From positions 32,001 through 96,000 of the forward strand of contig CAXXXD010000002.1 of assembly GCA_963663385.2 (NCBI GenBank): a stretch of DNA of 64,000 nt, given 5' to 3'. The notes below the pieces were generated by a model that was not told the DNA's origin, searched no databases, and was given only the letters and a program-made list of their open reading frames with translations. How positions within the stretch are numbered: position 1 is the stretch's first letter; the number at the start of each line of letters is the position of its first letter. Below are positions 48,974-59,734 of the stretch, piece after piece. A program made the translations under genes and the position numbers. Source of the stretch: Oceanispirochaeta sp. (lineage in GTDB: Bacteria; Spirochaetota; Spirochaetia; DSM-2461).

Positions 48974-50083
48974 TCATTGCGGAAGATCCGGATCAATAAT
49001 TTCTATCTTATAGCAGTTTCGTCCGGATTTCTTTGATTCATATAGAGTCTCGTCTGCAATTCTTATAAGGTCCTGTTTGCTTACGGTTCTGATCTTTTTA
49101 ATAAAGGCCGTACCCGCAGATACTGTCACTCTTGAGTAGGGACTTTTTTTATGAGGGATATTCAGTCTTTCAAAATCTTCTATAATACGGGATGAGATTT
49201 CTTCCGCTATGTCCCTGTTGGTGCAAGTCAAAAGCAGTGAAAACTCCTCTCCCCCGTACCGGAAGGCATAGTCCGTGCTCCTCCTGATATTATTCCTCAG
49301 AACCTCTGCAAATTCCTGAATCACAATATCACCGGCCTGATGCCCGTACGTATCGTTGTACTGCTTGAAATAATCCAGGTCTGCCATAATAAAGGCGGCA
49401 GAACACTCTCTGTCGCTCTGGCGATAGTAGAAATCAAATATACTATCCATATAGCGTCTGTTATAAAGCTGTGTGAGGCTGTCGACTAATGTTTCCTGTC
49501 TGAGTTTCTCCATCGTCGTTTCAAGTTCTGCTTTTGTCTGCTGTCTTGAGGATTCGTGTATACAGACGAAAACCGTTACACAAAGGTAACTGAAAAAGAA
49601 ACGGAACAGAAATCCATCGGGGTAGGGTGAATAATGGGGGATGTAATTTCCAAAAACTGCTATCAGGACAGATATAAATGCAACAAGTAATGATAGAGTC
49701 AATCCGCCTTTAATCCCGAAGTAAAAGATTGAAACAACCGGGATGCAGTAATACCAGAGAAAAGACTGGTTTCTGCCCAATCCAAGAGTAAAAAAGATCA
49801 GGAAAAATAGTATGGTTATTGAAACAAAGCTTATGATGACTTTTCTAAGGAAAATATTCAAACGGGCAAGGATAAACAGGGTTGTCATTATTAAGAGAAG
49901 AGCCGAATCCAGTATGGCAAGCAGCATTTCCTTTTCATAGAAGGCAAAGGAACTCAAGATGAATAAAAATAGAATCCCGGGTGTTATGACAAAATAAAAC
50001 ATCACTTTATAACGGATATAATCATCCGTCATAGAGATGTTTTCATGGTCGTCAAAAAAAAGTTTCTTGAGCCGGTTCTTCAA
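48974..50083 (-). CDS. Membrane diguanylate cyclase
   Basis: Multi-TM N-terminus, RSTD I-site, GGEEF. Confidence 0.9.
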   Translation of the reverse strand: MKNRLKKLFFDDHENISMTDDYIRYKVMFYFVITPGILFLFILSSFAFYEKEMLLAILDSALLLIMTTLFILARLNIFLRKVIISFVSITILFFLIFFTLGLGRNQSFLWYYCIPVVSIFYFGIKGGLTLSLLVAFISVLIAVFGNYIPHYSPYPDGFLFRFFFSYLCVTVFVCIHESSRQQTKAELETTMEKLRQETLVDSLTQLYNRRYMDSIFDFYYRQSDRECSAAFIMADLDYFKQYNDTYGHQAGDIVIQEFAEVLRNNIRRSTDYAFRYGGEEFSLLLTCTNRDIAEEISSRIIEDFERLNIPHKKSPYSRVTVSAGTAFIKKIRTVSKQDLIRIADETLYESKKSGRNCYKIEIIDPDLPQ

Positions 50084-50261
50084 ATACTACTCCCGAATAA
50101 ATTATAGGATATACGTTTCAGACAGTCAAAAATGGCATCTTCCTCCGGTATTGCTCCAGAGGATATCAGATAGATTAACATCATTATTACAGGTTTGCCA
50201 CCAGGAAATTTTCCGGGGAACCGCGGGGCGAAATCCATGGTTCCGGGACCAATACGGAACA

Positions 50262-53200
50262 CTAAAAAGTATTAACCCCTCCGCTTAGAATAAATACTTT
50301 ATAATTGTCCCGGAATCCCGCCTGTTTCAGGACCTCCCTGTAAGAGCTTTCCGAGACAGGTTTGCCATTGACTGTTTCGACCCGTATCGATTTGAGAGGG
50401 CTGAACTCACGGCTGAGCAGCACTTTAAAAAAGCCCAGGGCTTCCAGGGAATCCGGATCTTTTTCATCAGTGAAAAAATCCAGCTCCTTTCCGTTTCTTT
50501 TGGAGAAAAGGATGGGATTTTCTCCCCGGAAAACCATATGGCTGCCTGCAAGCCGGTTGGGATAATTTCCCTTCAGGGCATCCACCTTAATGCCCGAAAG
50601 GGAGGCCGGATCGCTGCAGTTCATCCAGTACAGGGCTTCTTCATCCAGCGGCCGTGACAGTTCCCGCAGGGCTTCCCAGCTGGCAAACTGCAGCCCCCGG
50701 ATATCCTCGAAAAAATGCCCTGAGACGCACTCCCCGGACAGCTCCATCAGCCGCAGGGTGGGGAATACGGCATTCCAGTTCAGCTGATCCGTTTCCCGTT
50801 CCAGCAGCTGCCGGAAGAGGACCCCGTAACGGAGGAACAGCTGCCGGATAACATCCCTGAGGCGTTCGTCCTTCTCAAGCAGGTCTTCCTCTGCCGGGAT
50901 TGTTTCGGTCCGGAACCAGCGGCCCTCCACCGGTCTGGTATGCATCCAGCGGTTGAATCCTCCCCGGCTGATCCTCCGTCCCCCGTTTTTTCTTTCTATA
51001 TCCTTAAAGGATTCGGCCGAGTATTTATTCTGAATTCCCGATCGGACTGTCCCGTAATGGTCGTTGCTGATCAGCCCTTTCCAGCACTGCTGCCAGAGAA
51101 ATTCAACCAGTTCGGTGCTGCTCATCCGGCTGTGTTCCTTTATGTCCCAGAATGTAAAACTTCCCCGTTTATCCGGAAGCAGCCGGTCCAGTTCTCCGCT
51201 CTCTCTTCCCTTCGGGATAAAAAGGGATTGTTCCTCCTCAAAGCAGAAAGCGATCTTCTCGTTTCCGCTGCCGTACCAGAGGAGGGAACTCTCCTGAAAG
51301 AGTGTATCCAGCCAGGATTTGTAATAGGGATTGATCCGGGCCGGTAAAATATCACTTTCCCACAGGGATGGTTTGGCGCCGTAGGCTATCATCTGCTCCA
51401 GGACATCCTGCAATTCCTCTTTTCCCGATCCGGCTTTTGTCAGCAATTGATGCTGGGCCATAAAGAGCTGCATTTTTTTTACAGGCAGAGCTTTGAAGGT
51501 GCTGCGGCCTTTCCGTCTTTTCAGGCGGAAGAGAATCTCCAGGTTTTCTGCCGTGCAGAACTGATCATCCCGGGCATCTTCCGTCAGTCTGTCTATAATC
51601 AGATCTCCCGCTTCCCTCAGGCTTTTCAGGAGATTCCGGATATCCTCTTCAACGGCCGGGTAGATCTCAAACAGGTATTCCAGGGATCGGGGGCCGAAAT
51701 AGCCGATCCACCGGGGAAGAATAAAATCGATCTCTGAAGCAAATCCCCCTTCCCTGTATTTCTTTCTGTAACGGGAGGAGAGAACAAGAACTTCACTGCT
51801 CAGGTCCGTATCCCAGAAGGTCAGTTTCTTTTCCGTTTCAGCTATAACGAGAGGAGCCTCATCCGGCAGATCCCGGGCCAGGGCGGTTTTCATATCCTCC
51901 CACTGGCTGAACGGGAGGAATATCCGCTCCTCCACCCAGTCGAAAAGGTCATCCGCCGTCCGGGGACTGTAATCAGGCCAGATCCTCTGCAGCTTGCTGT
52001 TAAACTCATACGCCAGCTCCGCAGGGAGCATGGGACGCAGGCCCGATTCGTGAACAATCCCCTTTATCAGGTCTTCCCTTAGATTGGATATTCCTCCCAG
52101 GGGCGTATCGTCCTCATACATACGCTGATTGGTGTGATCGTAGATAATGCCGGAGGCAAAGGGAGAAGGCGTTTTTGTCACCACTTCGCTGATTTTTATC
52201 TGCCCTTCCCGGACTTCATCCAAAACCCGGCAGAGGGATTTCAAATCAAAATCATCATGGAGGCAGGAGCGCCAGGTCTCTGTCAGAATGGGGAAATCCT
52301 CATACCGGCTGACTGCCTGAAGGAGCTTTTTCGACCTTAGCCTGGTAAGCCAGAGAGGAGTCCTCTGGTTAAAGGATTTTCGGGGGAGGAGCAGGGCCCG
52401 GGAACAGTTGTGCCGGAAACGGGCTCCGAAGAACATGGTGGATTCCAGTCTCTGCCGGAGAAGTTTCTCCAGGTTATCGCTGTTTGCAAGAGAGAGGATG
52501 TCAGATGTCCCGAACTGATGAGGCAGGTCCAGAATAATCGCGTCGTCGTCGCAGTATACCTGCAGGGGGTAACCGTGTTTATTCTCCCAGGCCTGGGAAA
52601 GGGCCTCGCTGTAGGGAAAGTTCAGTTTCCCGCCCCACAGGGTGTGAAGGATAATCTGATGGCAGTCTGTACGGCTCATGGGGTCGTTGAAGTGTTCAAT
52701 CAGCAGGTGATACCGGTGGGGGAGGGCGCTGTTTGAATGATCCCTCTGGCGGTTCAAAAAGGCGATAAGAGCTTCCGCAGCTTTATCATCCATGTAATAG
52801 TTTCTTATAAGGGTATCCCTTACGGGGGCTCCTCCCGGTTTTAACAGTGCCTCCTCGCAGAACCGGAGGAGTTCAAGGATCTTTTCCGAATAGAAAAAGT
52901 CTCTTCCATTGGGATCCGCCTTCCAGAAGGGGCTCATGGCTCCTCCCGTATCGGACGGACTTACCTCTACGGCGCGGTCGCTTATAGAATCAATACGCCA
53001 GGTCTGGGTACCGAGAGTAAAGAAGTCTCCGTGGGAGCGCTCCCAGACAAATTCTTCATCCAGCTCTCCAATCTTTGCGCCCTCCCCATGGATCCTCAAT
53101 TCATAGTATCCCCTGTCGGGGATGGTCCCGCCCGAGAGGTAGATAACCCGTTCTGCCCCGTCTCTGGCCCGGGCGGTATTACTCACCTTATCAATATTCA

Positions 53201-54617
53201 GCCGGGGTTTCAGTTCCCCTATGCGTGTATCGCTGTAGCGGCCGTTCAGCATTTCCATCACCAGATCGAAATGCCGGCGGGGCAGGGTCCGCCACATAAA
53301 GACGGATGTTATAAACAGGTATAAATCGTCCAGGTTCCACTCCCGGGTGCAGCACATGGACAGCAGAACCTGAGCCAGTACATCCAGGGGATTAACGGGG
53401 ACTTCCAGTTCCTCGATTTCTCCGTCTTTTACCGCTTTCGCCGTAACGGCGCTTCGCAGCATATCATTTCCAAACAGGGGGAAGAGGGTGGAATGGCTTG
53501 TCTCTCCCACGTTATGTCCGCCCCGGCCGATTCTCTGTACCGCGGAAGAGACCGAAAAGGGGGCTGAAATAAGGATGACCTCATCAATACTGCCAATATC
53601 GATTCCCATCTCCAGTGAGCTTGTAGCCACAATGGCTTTCAGATCTCCCTTTTTCATTTTCTGCTCCACAAAATACCTGATCTCCCGGGACAGGGAGCCA
53701 TGGTGGGCAAAAGCAATGGTTTCATCCGCCTGTTCGTTGATCATGCGGGTGACTTTTTCTGTCTGCCTTCTGGCATTGCAGAATATCAGGGTGGACCTGT
53801 TTGCCCTGATCCTCTCTACCAGTTTATCGATAACAGAGGGCCAGTGGGACTTCTCCCCTTCGGAATCTCCGGGAAAGCTGACCCGGATTTCGTACTCTTT
53901 TCTGATATCCGAACGGATCGTTTTTACAGGACGTGCCCTGAAGGCTTCCCCGGGATGTGTCCGGGGATAGAAACCTCCCAGGAGGGAGGCTGCCAGGGTC
54001 ATAGGGTGAACCGTGGCAGAAAGCCCTATCCTCTGAAACTCCCCATTAATCAGGGTCAGCCTTTCTACGGCAGAAACAAGATGGACCCCCCTCTTACTGG
54101 CCGCCACAGCATGGATTTCGTCCAGAATCACCACGCACAGGCCGGACAGTATCTTATCAGCTGCTCCGGAGGTCAGCAGGAGATTCAGGCTTTCAGGGGT
54201 GGTAATAAGAATCTCCGGAGGACGCCTCATCATCTTCTGTCTGTCCGAACTGCTGGTATCTCCGCTTCTTATACCGATACGGATATCCGGAAAGGGAACA
54301 TCCCTCTGTTCAAAGAAGGCTTTCAGTTCCTTCAAGGGTTCTGTCAGGTTCTTTTTTACATCGTTGTTGAGGGCTTTAAGGGGGGATATATAGAGCACCC
54401 GGACTGTTCCTGAAGGCCACTCCCCCGTAATGAGCTGATTCAGGGACCACAAAAAGGCCGCCAGGGTTTTTCCGCTCCCGGTGGGGGCGGTCATCAGGGT
54501 ATGGGATGAGGAGGCGATTTCCTTCCAGCCCCTTTCCTGAATATCTGTCGGATTTTTGTATTTCCGGATGAACCATTCCCGTATAAGCGGATGAAACTGC
54601 TGCATCGGAGTCGTCAT
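50262..54617 (-). CDS. lhr: Lhr-family helicase, long form
   Basis: APTGSGKTLAAF, DEIH, HHGSLS, QRIGRGGH and GTIPD; long C-terminal extension. Confidence 0.9.
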   Translation of the reverse strand: MTTPMQQFHPLIREWFIRKYKNPTDIQERGWKEIASSSHTLMTAPTGSGKTLAAFLWSLNQLITGEWPSGTVRVLYISPLKALNNDVKKNLTEPLKELKAFFEQRDVPFPDIRIGIRSGDTSSSDRQKMMRRPPEILITTPESLNLLLTSGAADKILSGLCVVILDEIHAVAASKRGVHLVSAVERLTLINGEFQRIGLSATVHPMTLAASLLGGFYPRTHPGEAFRARPVKTIRSDIRKEYEIRVSFPGDSEGEKSHWPSVIDKLVERIRANRSTLIFCNARRQTEKVTRMINEQADETIAFAHHGSLSREIRYFVEQKMKKGDLKAIVATSSLEMGIDIGSIDEVILISAPFSVSSAVQRIGRGGHNVGETSHSTLFPLFGNDMLRSAVTAKAVKDGEIEELEVPVNPLDVLAQVLLSMCCTREWNLDDLYLFITSVFMWRTLPRRHFDLVMEMLNGRYSDTRIGELKPRLNIDKVSNTARARDGAERVIYLSGGTIPDRGYYELRIHGEGAKIGELDEEFVWERSHGDFFTLGTQTWRIDSISDRAVEVSPSDTGGAMSPFWKADPNGRDFFYSEKILELLRFCEEALLKPGGAPVRDTLIRNYYMDDKAAEALIAFLNRQRDHSNSALPHRYHLLIEHFNDPMSRTDCHQIILHTLWGGKLNFPYSEALSQAWENKHGYPLQVYCDDDAIILDLPHQFGTSDILSLANSDNLEKLLRQRLESTMFFGARFRHNCSRALLLPRKSFNQRTPLWLTRLRSKKLLQAVSRYEDFPILTETWRSCLHDDFDLKSLCRVLDEVREGQIKISEVVTKTPSPFASGIIYDHTNQRMYEDDTPLGGISNLREDLIKGIVHESGLRPMLPAELAYEFNSKLQRIWPDYSPRTADDLFDWVEERIFLPFSQWEDMKTALARDLPDEAPLVIAETEKKLTFWDTDLSSEVLVLSSRYRKKYREGGFASEIDFILPRWIGYFGPRSLEYLFEIYPAVEEDIRNLLKSLREAGDLIIDRLTEDARDDQFCTAENLEILFRLKRRKGRSTFKALPVKKMQLFMAQHQLLTKAGSGKEELQDVLEQMIAYGAKPSLWESDILPARINPYYKSWLDTLFQESSLLWYGSGNEKIAFCFEEEQSLFIPKGRESGELDRLLPDKRGSFTFWDIKEHSRMSSTELVEFLWQQCWKGLISNDHYGTVRSGIQNKYSAESFKDIERKNGGRRISRGGFNRWMHTRPVEGRWFRTETIPAEEDLLEKDERLRDVIRQLFLRYGVLFRQLLERETDQLNWNAVFPTLRLMELSGECVSGHFFEDIRGLQFASWEALRELSRPLDEEALYWMNCSDPASLSGIKVDALKGNYPNRLAGSHMVFRGENPILFSKRNGKELDFFTDEKDPDSLEALGFFKVLLSREFSPLKSIRVETVNGKPVSESSYREVLKQAGFRDNYKVFILSGGVNTF

Positions 54618-54699
54618 TCTACCTATTATACAGCATTCATCGTGGATTTAAATTCGGATAGCCGTTATATTATTCATTACCTAAAGCAAGGATCGAACT

Positions 54700-55260
54700 A
54701 TGAAAATATCAGAAATCAAAATAACGGGAACCTGGCGGGACGTCGCCGATTCAGCCCGAACCACCATAAATATGAAACCGGGAGAGGGAGAGCCGTCCTC
54801 CTCCTGGAAAAGAAGGATGCTCCGCTGCGAGCATGCACCTATCCGGCAGGTTTTTATCCGGGCCAAGTGGACAGATCTGCCCTACTGGGTTTCGGTGCAT
54901 TTTGTCCGTCATAAGGTGGGTATTGAGCATTTTGTCCGAACCCAGAGGTCGGATCGTACCGGAGAAGACCGGAACAGCAAATCCCAGGACTCTCCCGTTG
55001 AACATGAAATCCTGGCTTCCTATCAGGCTATTCTTTCGATTTCCCGCAAACGCCTGTGCGCCTGTGCGTCAAAAGAGACGCAGCAGGCCTGGCGGATCCT
55101 TCTGGAAGCCATTAAAGAGGTTGATCCGGAACTGTATGAAGCCTGTGTGCCCGACTGTGTCTACAGGGGCTGGTGTATGGAGTACAAGAGCTGCGGTTAT
55201 CATAAAACGGAAGGGTTTCGAAAAGCCCTGGAGGATTATAGACGGGATATAAATCCCTGA
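54700..55260 (+). CDS. thyX: Flavin-dependent thymidylate synthase-like protein (divergent)
   Basis: SARTT, EHAPI, HFVRHK..RTQR, RKRLC..AS.ET and C-terminal CVYRGWC.E..SCG resemble ThyX. Confidence 0.7.
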   Translation: MKISEIKITGTWRDVADSARTTINMKPGEGEPSSSWKRRMLRCEHAPIRQVFIRAKWTDLPYWVSVHFVRHKVGIEHFVRTQRSDRTGEDRNSKSQDSPVEHEILASYQAILSISRKRLCACASKETQQAWRILLEAIKEVDPELYEACVPDCVYRGWCMEYKSCGYHKTEGFRKALEDYRRDINP

Positions 55261-55362
55261 TCCTTTCCATGATGAGAAACCGGCAGAAGATAAGAACTGA
55301 ATAGTCAGGGAACCTGGCCGGCATGAAACCGGCTTTGACAGAGGGACGCAGGGCGCTGGTTA

Positions 55363-56430
55363 TTATATGATTCCTGTAATACAAGTCGGGGTCCCGATTT
55401 TAAAATCACCGGGATGAGTATCCAGCGGAAGCCCGGATCTGCTATCGAACTCTAAAACCTGTATGCTGTCGGAATCCTGATTGGCAATAAGAAGCCAGCG
55501 TCCAGAGTCGTTGAATTCAATATCCCTGGGCGTTTTTCCTCCGCTGCCTATAATGTCAGACTGAATCAGGCTTATCATGGAGTTTTTCCTGTCCCGGATT
55601 ATACGGAATACGGTTACTGTATCTTCAAATCGATTGGATACCACGAGACTCCTCCCGGAAGGATGAATCTTAATAGCGGCCGGCGCAGCCGTGTCCGTTC
55701 CGGTCGTATCATATTCCTGAAGTATCATCATATCTCCTGTCCGGCGGTCTCTGACGGCAACAAGGAGTTTCGGCTTCAGTTCGCAGAGTATGTACAGGGC
55801 ATTCGTTTCAGGATCCCCTGCTATATGCCGGGGGCCGTAACCGGAAGGTACCTTCAAAGCTATTCCAGCATCTGCTCCTTCCAGGGGTAATGGGTGTTTC
55901 CATATAGTATCCGAACCCAGGTCGCACACGTAGATAAATTTATTTGGCTCTGTCATCAGGATATGATGGGCGTGCGAGGATTCCTGTCTCAGCTTATCGG
56001 GGCCGTTTCCTGAATACTGATATCTATAGTCAGACGGGCTCAGCTCTCCCTTCTGAAGAGGGTAGGCCGCCAGGCTGCCGTCCAGGTAGGATACGGCAAA
56101 AAGGCTGGATCCCGATGAATCTGTCGTCAGAAAGCAGCCGGCCTTCCCCGGGCCCCTTTGCTGCCCTGTAACAGAAAGAGAGTCATTTTTCATAGCTAAT
56201 TCAAAAACGGCTCCTTCACTGTTTTCATCCTCCGATACAGCAAACAGTCTCTCTGATTCTCTGTTCCAGTGCAGATAGGAGGGATTCGGAAGGGGGAGGG
56301 GGTGATTTATCCTATTCAGTTGACCCGTTTCCCCATCCAGAGTTAATAAGGATACGCCCTCTCCGGAGGCATGGGGAACATGGGGCAGGTCTTGTGTATA
56401 GGAACCTATTGCAAAAATGTTTTTTTTCAT
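55363..56430 (-). CDS. 6-phosphogluconolactonase-like beta-propeller
   Basis: NPSYL, RQESSHAH, DLGSD, GPRH and GKTPRD. Confidence 0.88.
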   Translation of the reverse strand: MKKNIFAIGSYTQDLPHVPHASGEGVSLLTLDGETGQLNRINHPLPLPNPSYLHWNRESERLFAVSEDENSEGAVFELAMKNDSLSVTGQQRGPGKAGCFLTTDSSGSSLFAVSYLDGSLAAYPLQKGELSPSDYRYQYSGNGPDKLRQESSHAHHILMTEPNKFIYVCDLGSDTIWKHPLPLEGADAGIALKVPSGYGPRHIAGDPETNALYILCELKPKLLVAVRDRRTGDMMILQEYDTTGTDTAAPAAIKIHPSGRSLVVSNRFEDTVTVFRIIRDRKNSMISLIQSDIIGSGGKTPRDIEFNDSGRWLLIANQDSDSIQVLEFDSRSGLPLDTHPGDFKIGTPTCITGII

Positions 56431-56618
56431 CCCGATAAGGTTATTATATCGTTCTAATCAATAATTTCCAATTCTGTAATAAATGCTTCTAACTGATATC
56501 GCCCCGGCGGATTATTAATTCATGAATTCCTTACGATGATGAGCAACGGCCGGCTCCGGGAATTTACGGGACCGGGCAGGACTGCATACCGGTATACAGA
56601 CAGGATCCTGATTCTGGA

Positions 56619-58568
56619 TTAAGGGTCCTGATATATAGGGGCAGGCCGGATCCAGGACGAACGGTCTTCTTTCAGGATCTTCATGACAATCAGTTTTTCT
56701 TCTATCGATCCATTAGGGTTATATTCAAAAGAGAGAAGGGCATTCTGCAGCTCTTCCCGTACAGTAGAGATGTACCTGCTCCGGGCGGATACACCGTCCA
56801 CCCATGCGACCCATCCTGTTTCTGATGGAGAAGGAATCCGGAAAAGCCTGTAATGGTTCACCGATTTTCGAACCCTCCGGACCAGCCGGGTTTTGAGTCT
56901 GTATATCCCAATGCCTGACAGGAGCGTCAGGAATAGAGCCGGGATAAGTATCTGGAGAACAATCCCGACACCTGTTCCCGTAGTCCGGCTGTCCGGCACT
57001 CTTGTATCAGCCGGGACAGGGACTCCCTGTTCGGCAAGAAGAGAACGGGTCTGTTCATCGTCCGTGTCCATTATTTTTTCATTTTCATCTGTGAAGGGTG
57101 GAGTCACTTCCACGATTACCCAGCCCCTGTCCGGCAGATATACTTCCGGCCAGCGGTGGGATGCATAACCGGTTATATTTACAAGTCTCTCAGCCTTTTT
57201 CCGCCGTACTTCCCGGCTTTCTTCGGGTATCCGGATTCTGTACCCTCCGGCCAGGCGGACGGGAATCCCGTTTAATCTGGCCAGAACCGCAAAGGCTGAT
57301 GAGAAATGGACACAGTAGCCTTTACGGCTTTGATTCAGAAAATGGCTCAGGGGAAACTCAGTTGCCTCCGTTTCGAGGGAGTAGGTATACTCTCTGATGA
57401 GATAGTTCCGGATCAGTCGGACAGTCTCTATGGGATCATCTGTGTAAAATGTTTCTGCAAGGAACCGGAACTCCGACCGGGTTATCTCCGGAAGGGCTGT
57501 AAAATCTTCTTCAGAGGGCGGTTCCGGGAAGCTGTTCCCGCTTTCATGCAAATTAATAACCGTACCCTCTTTCAGCGGGAGGCTGAGGGGCAGCTCAAGG
57601 GGGGTCTCCCAGGGATGTCCGATTGAGTATTGTTCACCTGCAATGGTTAAGCCACCTGTTTTTTCTGTATAGGGGATACGACGGGAATATTCGGTTAAAA
57701 CAGTAAGTGTTCGGTTACGGATTTTCTTTTGTACCTCATCCCGGGGGATTTTAATCACCTGTTCGGCCGGATCACTGATCCAAATCTTTCCGGAAAAGAC
57801 CTGAAAAGTCTCGGTTTTAAGATAGATCGATTCTCCGGGATATCCCTCTATCCGGAAGAGTGCCGCCGGGGTAAGGACGGGACGGCCTCCTCTGTTTGTC
57901 TCCCTGTACCCTGTTCCGTATCCGGGGAGATTGAAAAACAGGGGATAATCCGGAAAAACGGTCAGAACCTTCTCTCTCAGAGTGTTGGATACGCTGCTGA
58001 TAACTTCAGATCCCTTTATCTCCTCCCGGGAGGGGCTAAGCAGTGAAAACAGTGCGGATACCGCAAAGAACAGGGGGATCCATCCGCTGAGCCATATCCC
58101 CCGTTCCCCCGGCGGGATGTTCTGATGGAAAAGAAGAGACGTTAACAGGATCAGAAGCATGAAAGACCGGAAACCCGGGTAGATCAGTACCAGAATCATA
58201 CTCTGTGAAAGGAACAGGTAGAGGAGTCCCTTCCCGCGGGGTTTTTCCAGTATCTTCAGATACCCCGGAAAACTCAGTATCCCCGCAGTCATGGCAAAAA
58301 CGGACGAGACCGTTCCTTCGGGCTGCCCGATTGACAGAAGCTGATACCAGGCCTGGTAGACAGATCCTGGTATCAGAAGGATACGCCCTCCTCCTGCCAG
58401 TAGGGATATAACCAGAAAGAGGAACAGGGCCGTCCTGTTTTTGCGGAATTTAAAGAGATAGAGGGCTCCTCCGCATAACAGGATAGCTGTAAGAGGAGAC
58501 AACGGGCCTTTCAGGATCAGAAGAAAAAGCAGATAAAGACAGACCGGTATCAGAGTAAACACAAACAT
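56619..58568 (-). CDS. Membrane transglutaminase-like protein
   Basis: GYCVHFSSA, GIPVRLAGGY and HRWPEVY. Confidence 0.85.
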   Translation of the reverse strand: MFVFTLIPVCLYLLFLLILKGPLSPLTAILLCGGALYLFKFRKNRTALFLFLVISLLAGGGRILLIPGSVYQAWYQLLSIGQPEGTVSSVFAMTAGILSFPGYLKILEKPRGKGLLYLFLSQSMILVLIYPGFRSFMLLILLTSLLFHQNIPPGERGIWLSGWIPLFFAVSALFSLLSPSREEIKGSEVISSVSNTLREKVLTVFPDYPLFFNLPGYGTGYRETNRGGRPVLTPAALFRIEGYPGESIYLKTETFQVFSGKIWISDPAEQVIKIPRDEVQKKIRNRTLTVLTEYSRRIPYTEKTGGLTIAGEQYSIGHPWETPLELPLSLPLKEGTVINLHESGNSFPEPPSEEDFTALPEITRSEFRFLAETFYTDDPIETVRLIRNYLIREYTYSLETEATEFPLSHFLNQSRKGYCVHFSSAFAVLARLNGIPVRLAGGYRIRIPEESREVRRKKAERLVNITGYASHRWPEVYLPDRGWVIVEVTPPFTDENEKIMDTDDEQTRSLLAEQGVPVPADTRVPDSRTTGTGVGIVLQILIPALFLTLLSGIGIYRLKTRLVRRVRKSVNHYRLFRIPSPSETGWVAWVDGVSARSRYISTVREELQNALLSFEYNPNGSIEEKLIVMKILKEDRSSWIRPAPIYQDP

Positions 58569-59734
58569 GCCAGATCTTCCTTGATTGTATGAGCGCTGCG
58601 TACCTCTGTGACGGGAACATTCAGGTCCTTCAGTTCTCTGAGAAGTTTTGATTTGACTTTTAACTCATCCTCTTCCATCTCCTCCAGTACAGGTATCAGA
58701 TGCCAATCCGGTCTCTCCTGCCAGTATCGATAGTTCAAAAGAGAATAATCGCTCAGGGCGGTAAAGAGGAATACCCCTGTCCGGTTCTCCTGCTTCAGGC
58801 AGACAGGTGTTTCTGAATCGAACCTGAGTCTGATAGACAGCCTGTTCAGTGTTTCCAGATCAGACCTGTTACTCAGACAGGCGGGATACCCGTCAGGAAA
58901 ACCGTACAGGACAACTTCATCCCCGCCCCGTATTACTGCATCTGCCACAGCCATAAGGGATTCCAGAAGGGTGTCTTCGCAAATGGGTGACCGGCATATG
59001 GGGCTGCGGTCCAGTATAAGGTGAACCCGGGAGTAACCGATAGAGGAAAACTCCCTCAGGCAGATCTGGCCGGTCTGACGGAATCGCTTCCAGCTTACTG
59101 TGCGGAGGCTTTCCCCCGGGCGGTACTCCTTCAGTCCCATCATGACATCCGGGGTTTCCCTGTGCTGGGTTCCAAGCTGTCCGTCCCTGTCCGAGCCGGC
59201 TTTCCTTATCCCTCTCCCGGGGAGGCTGACCATTCTGGGGTAAACATAGAAGGTCCGCGACCAGATGGGGAAATCCCAGGAGATTAACCCGGAATAACTG
59301 TGTACCCTCATCCTGGCAAGACCTATTCTGTATACACCCCGGAGTCTGGTGTGAATCGTCATGCGGCTGTTTCGCGTTTCTCCGGGCGGGATGGCCAGTT
59401 TGCCGTTCCTGTGGGGTTTCTTCTCTCCCAGGGCGTTAACGTTGTGGAATTCCAGGGAGAGGCCGGGCACAGGGAGTTCAAACACGGACTCCAGGTGAAG
59501 TGTGTAGGTCAGGGTATCCCCTTTTGATATATGATCCCTGTTGAAATCCTGATAATAGCGTATCCCCCAGGCATTGAGCACAAAGAGCAGGGTATCCAGA
59601 AAAAAGACCATTTTCCAGAAACGGAAAAGAAAAACAAAAGAGCCTCCCAGAAACCGGGCTGACAGAAAAAAGAGAAGAAAAGAGCCGGTAAAAAGAACAA
59701 AACCGACCGGGTTTATTTTCAGGGGAAATCTCAC
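58550..59734 (-). CDS. DUF58 domain protein
   Basis: LKEYRPGESLRTVSWK; lies between the MoxR and transglutaminase genes. Confidence 0.82.
   Translation of the reverse strand: MRFPLKINPVGFVLFTGSFLLFFLSARFLGGSFVFLFRFWKMVFFLDTLLFVLNAWGIRYYQDFNRDHISKGDTLTYTLHLESVFELPVPGLSLEFHNVNALGEKKPHRNGKLAIPPGETRNSRMTIHTRLRGVYRIGLARMRVHSYSGLISWDFPIWSRTFYVYPRMVSLPGRGIRKAGSDRDGQLGTQHRETPDVMMGLKEYRPGESLRTVSWKRFRQTGQICLREFSSIGYSRVHLILDRSPICRSPICEDTLLESLMAVADAVIRGGDEVVLYGFPDGYPACLSNRSDLETLNRLSIRLRFDSETPVCLKQENRTGVFLFTALSDYSLLNYRYWQERPDWHLIPVLEEMEEDELKVKSKLLRELKDLNVPVTEVRSAHTIKEDLACLCLL

Noticed and set aside
50090..50260. GGCAAACC on the minus strand upstream of a GGDEF gene, suggesting a c-di-GMP-I riboswitch
   Set aside because: The expected GNRA-capped stem and downstream GACGCAAA-like segment are missing.
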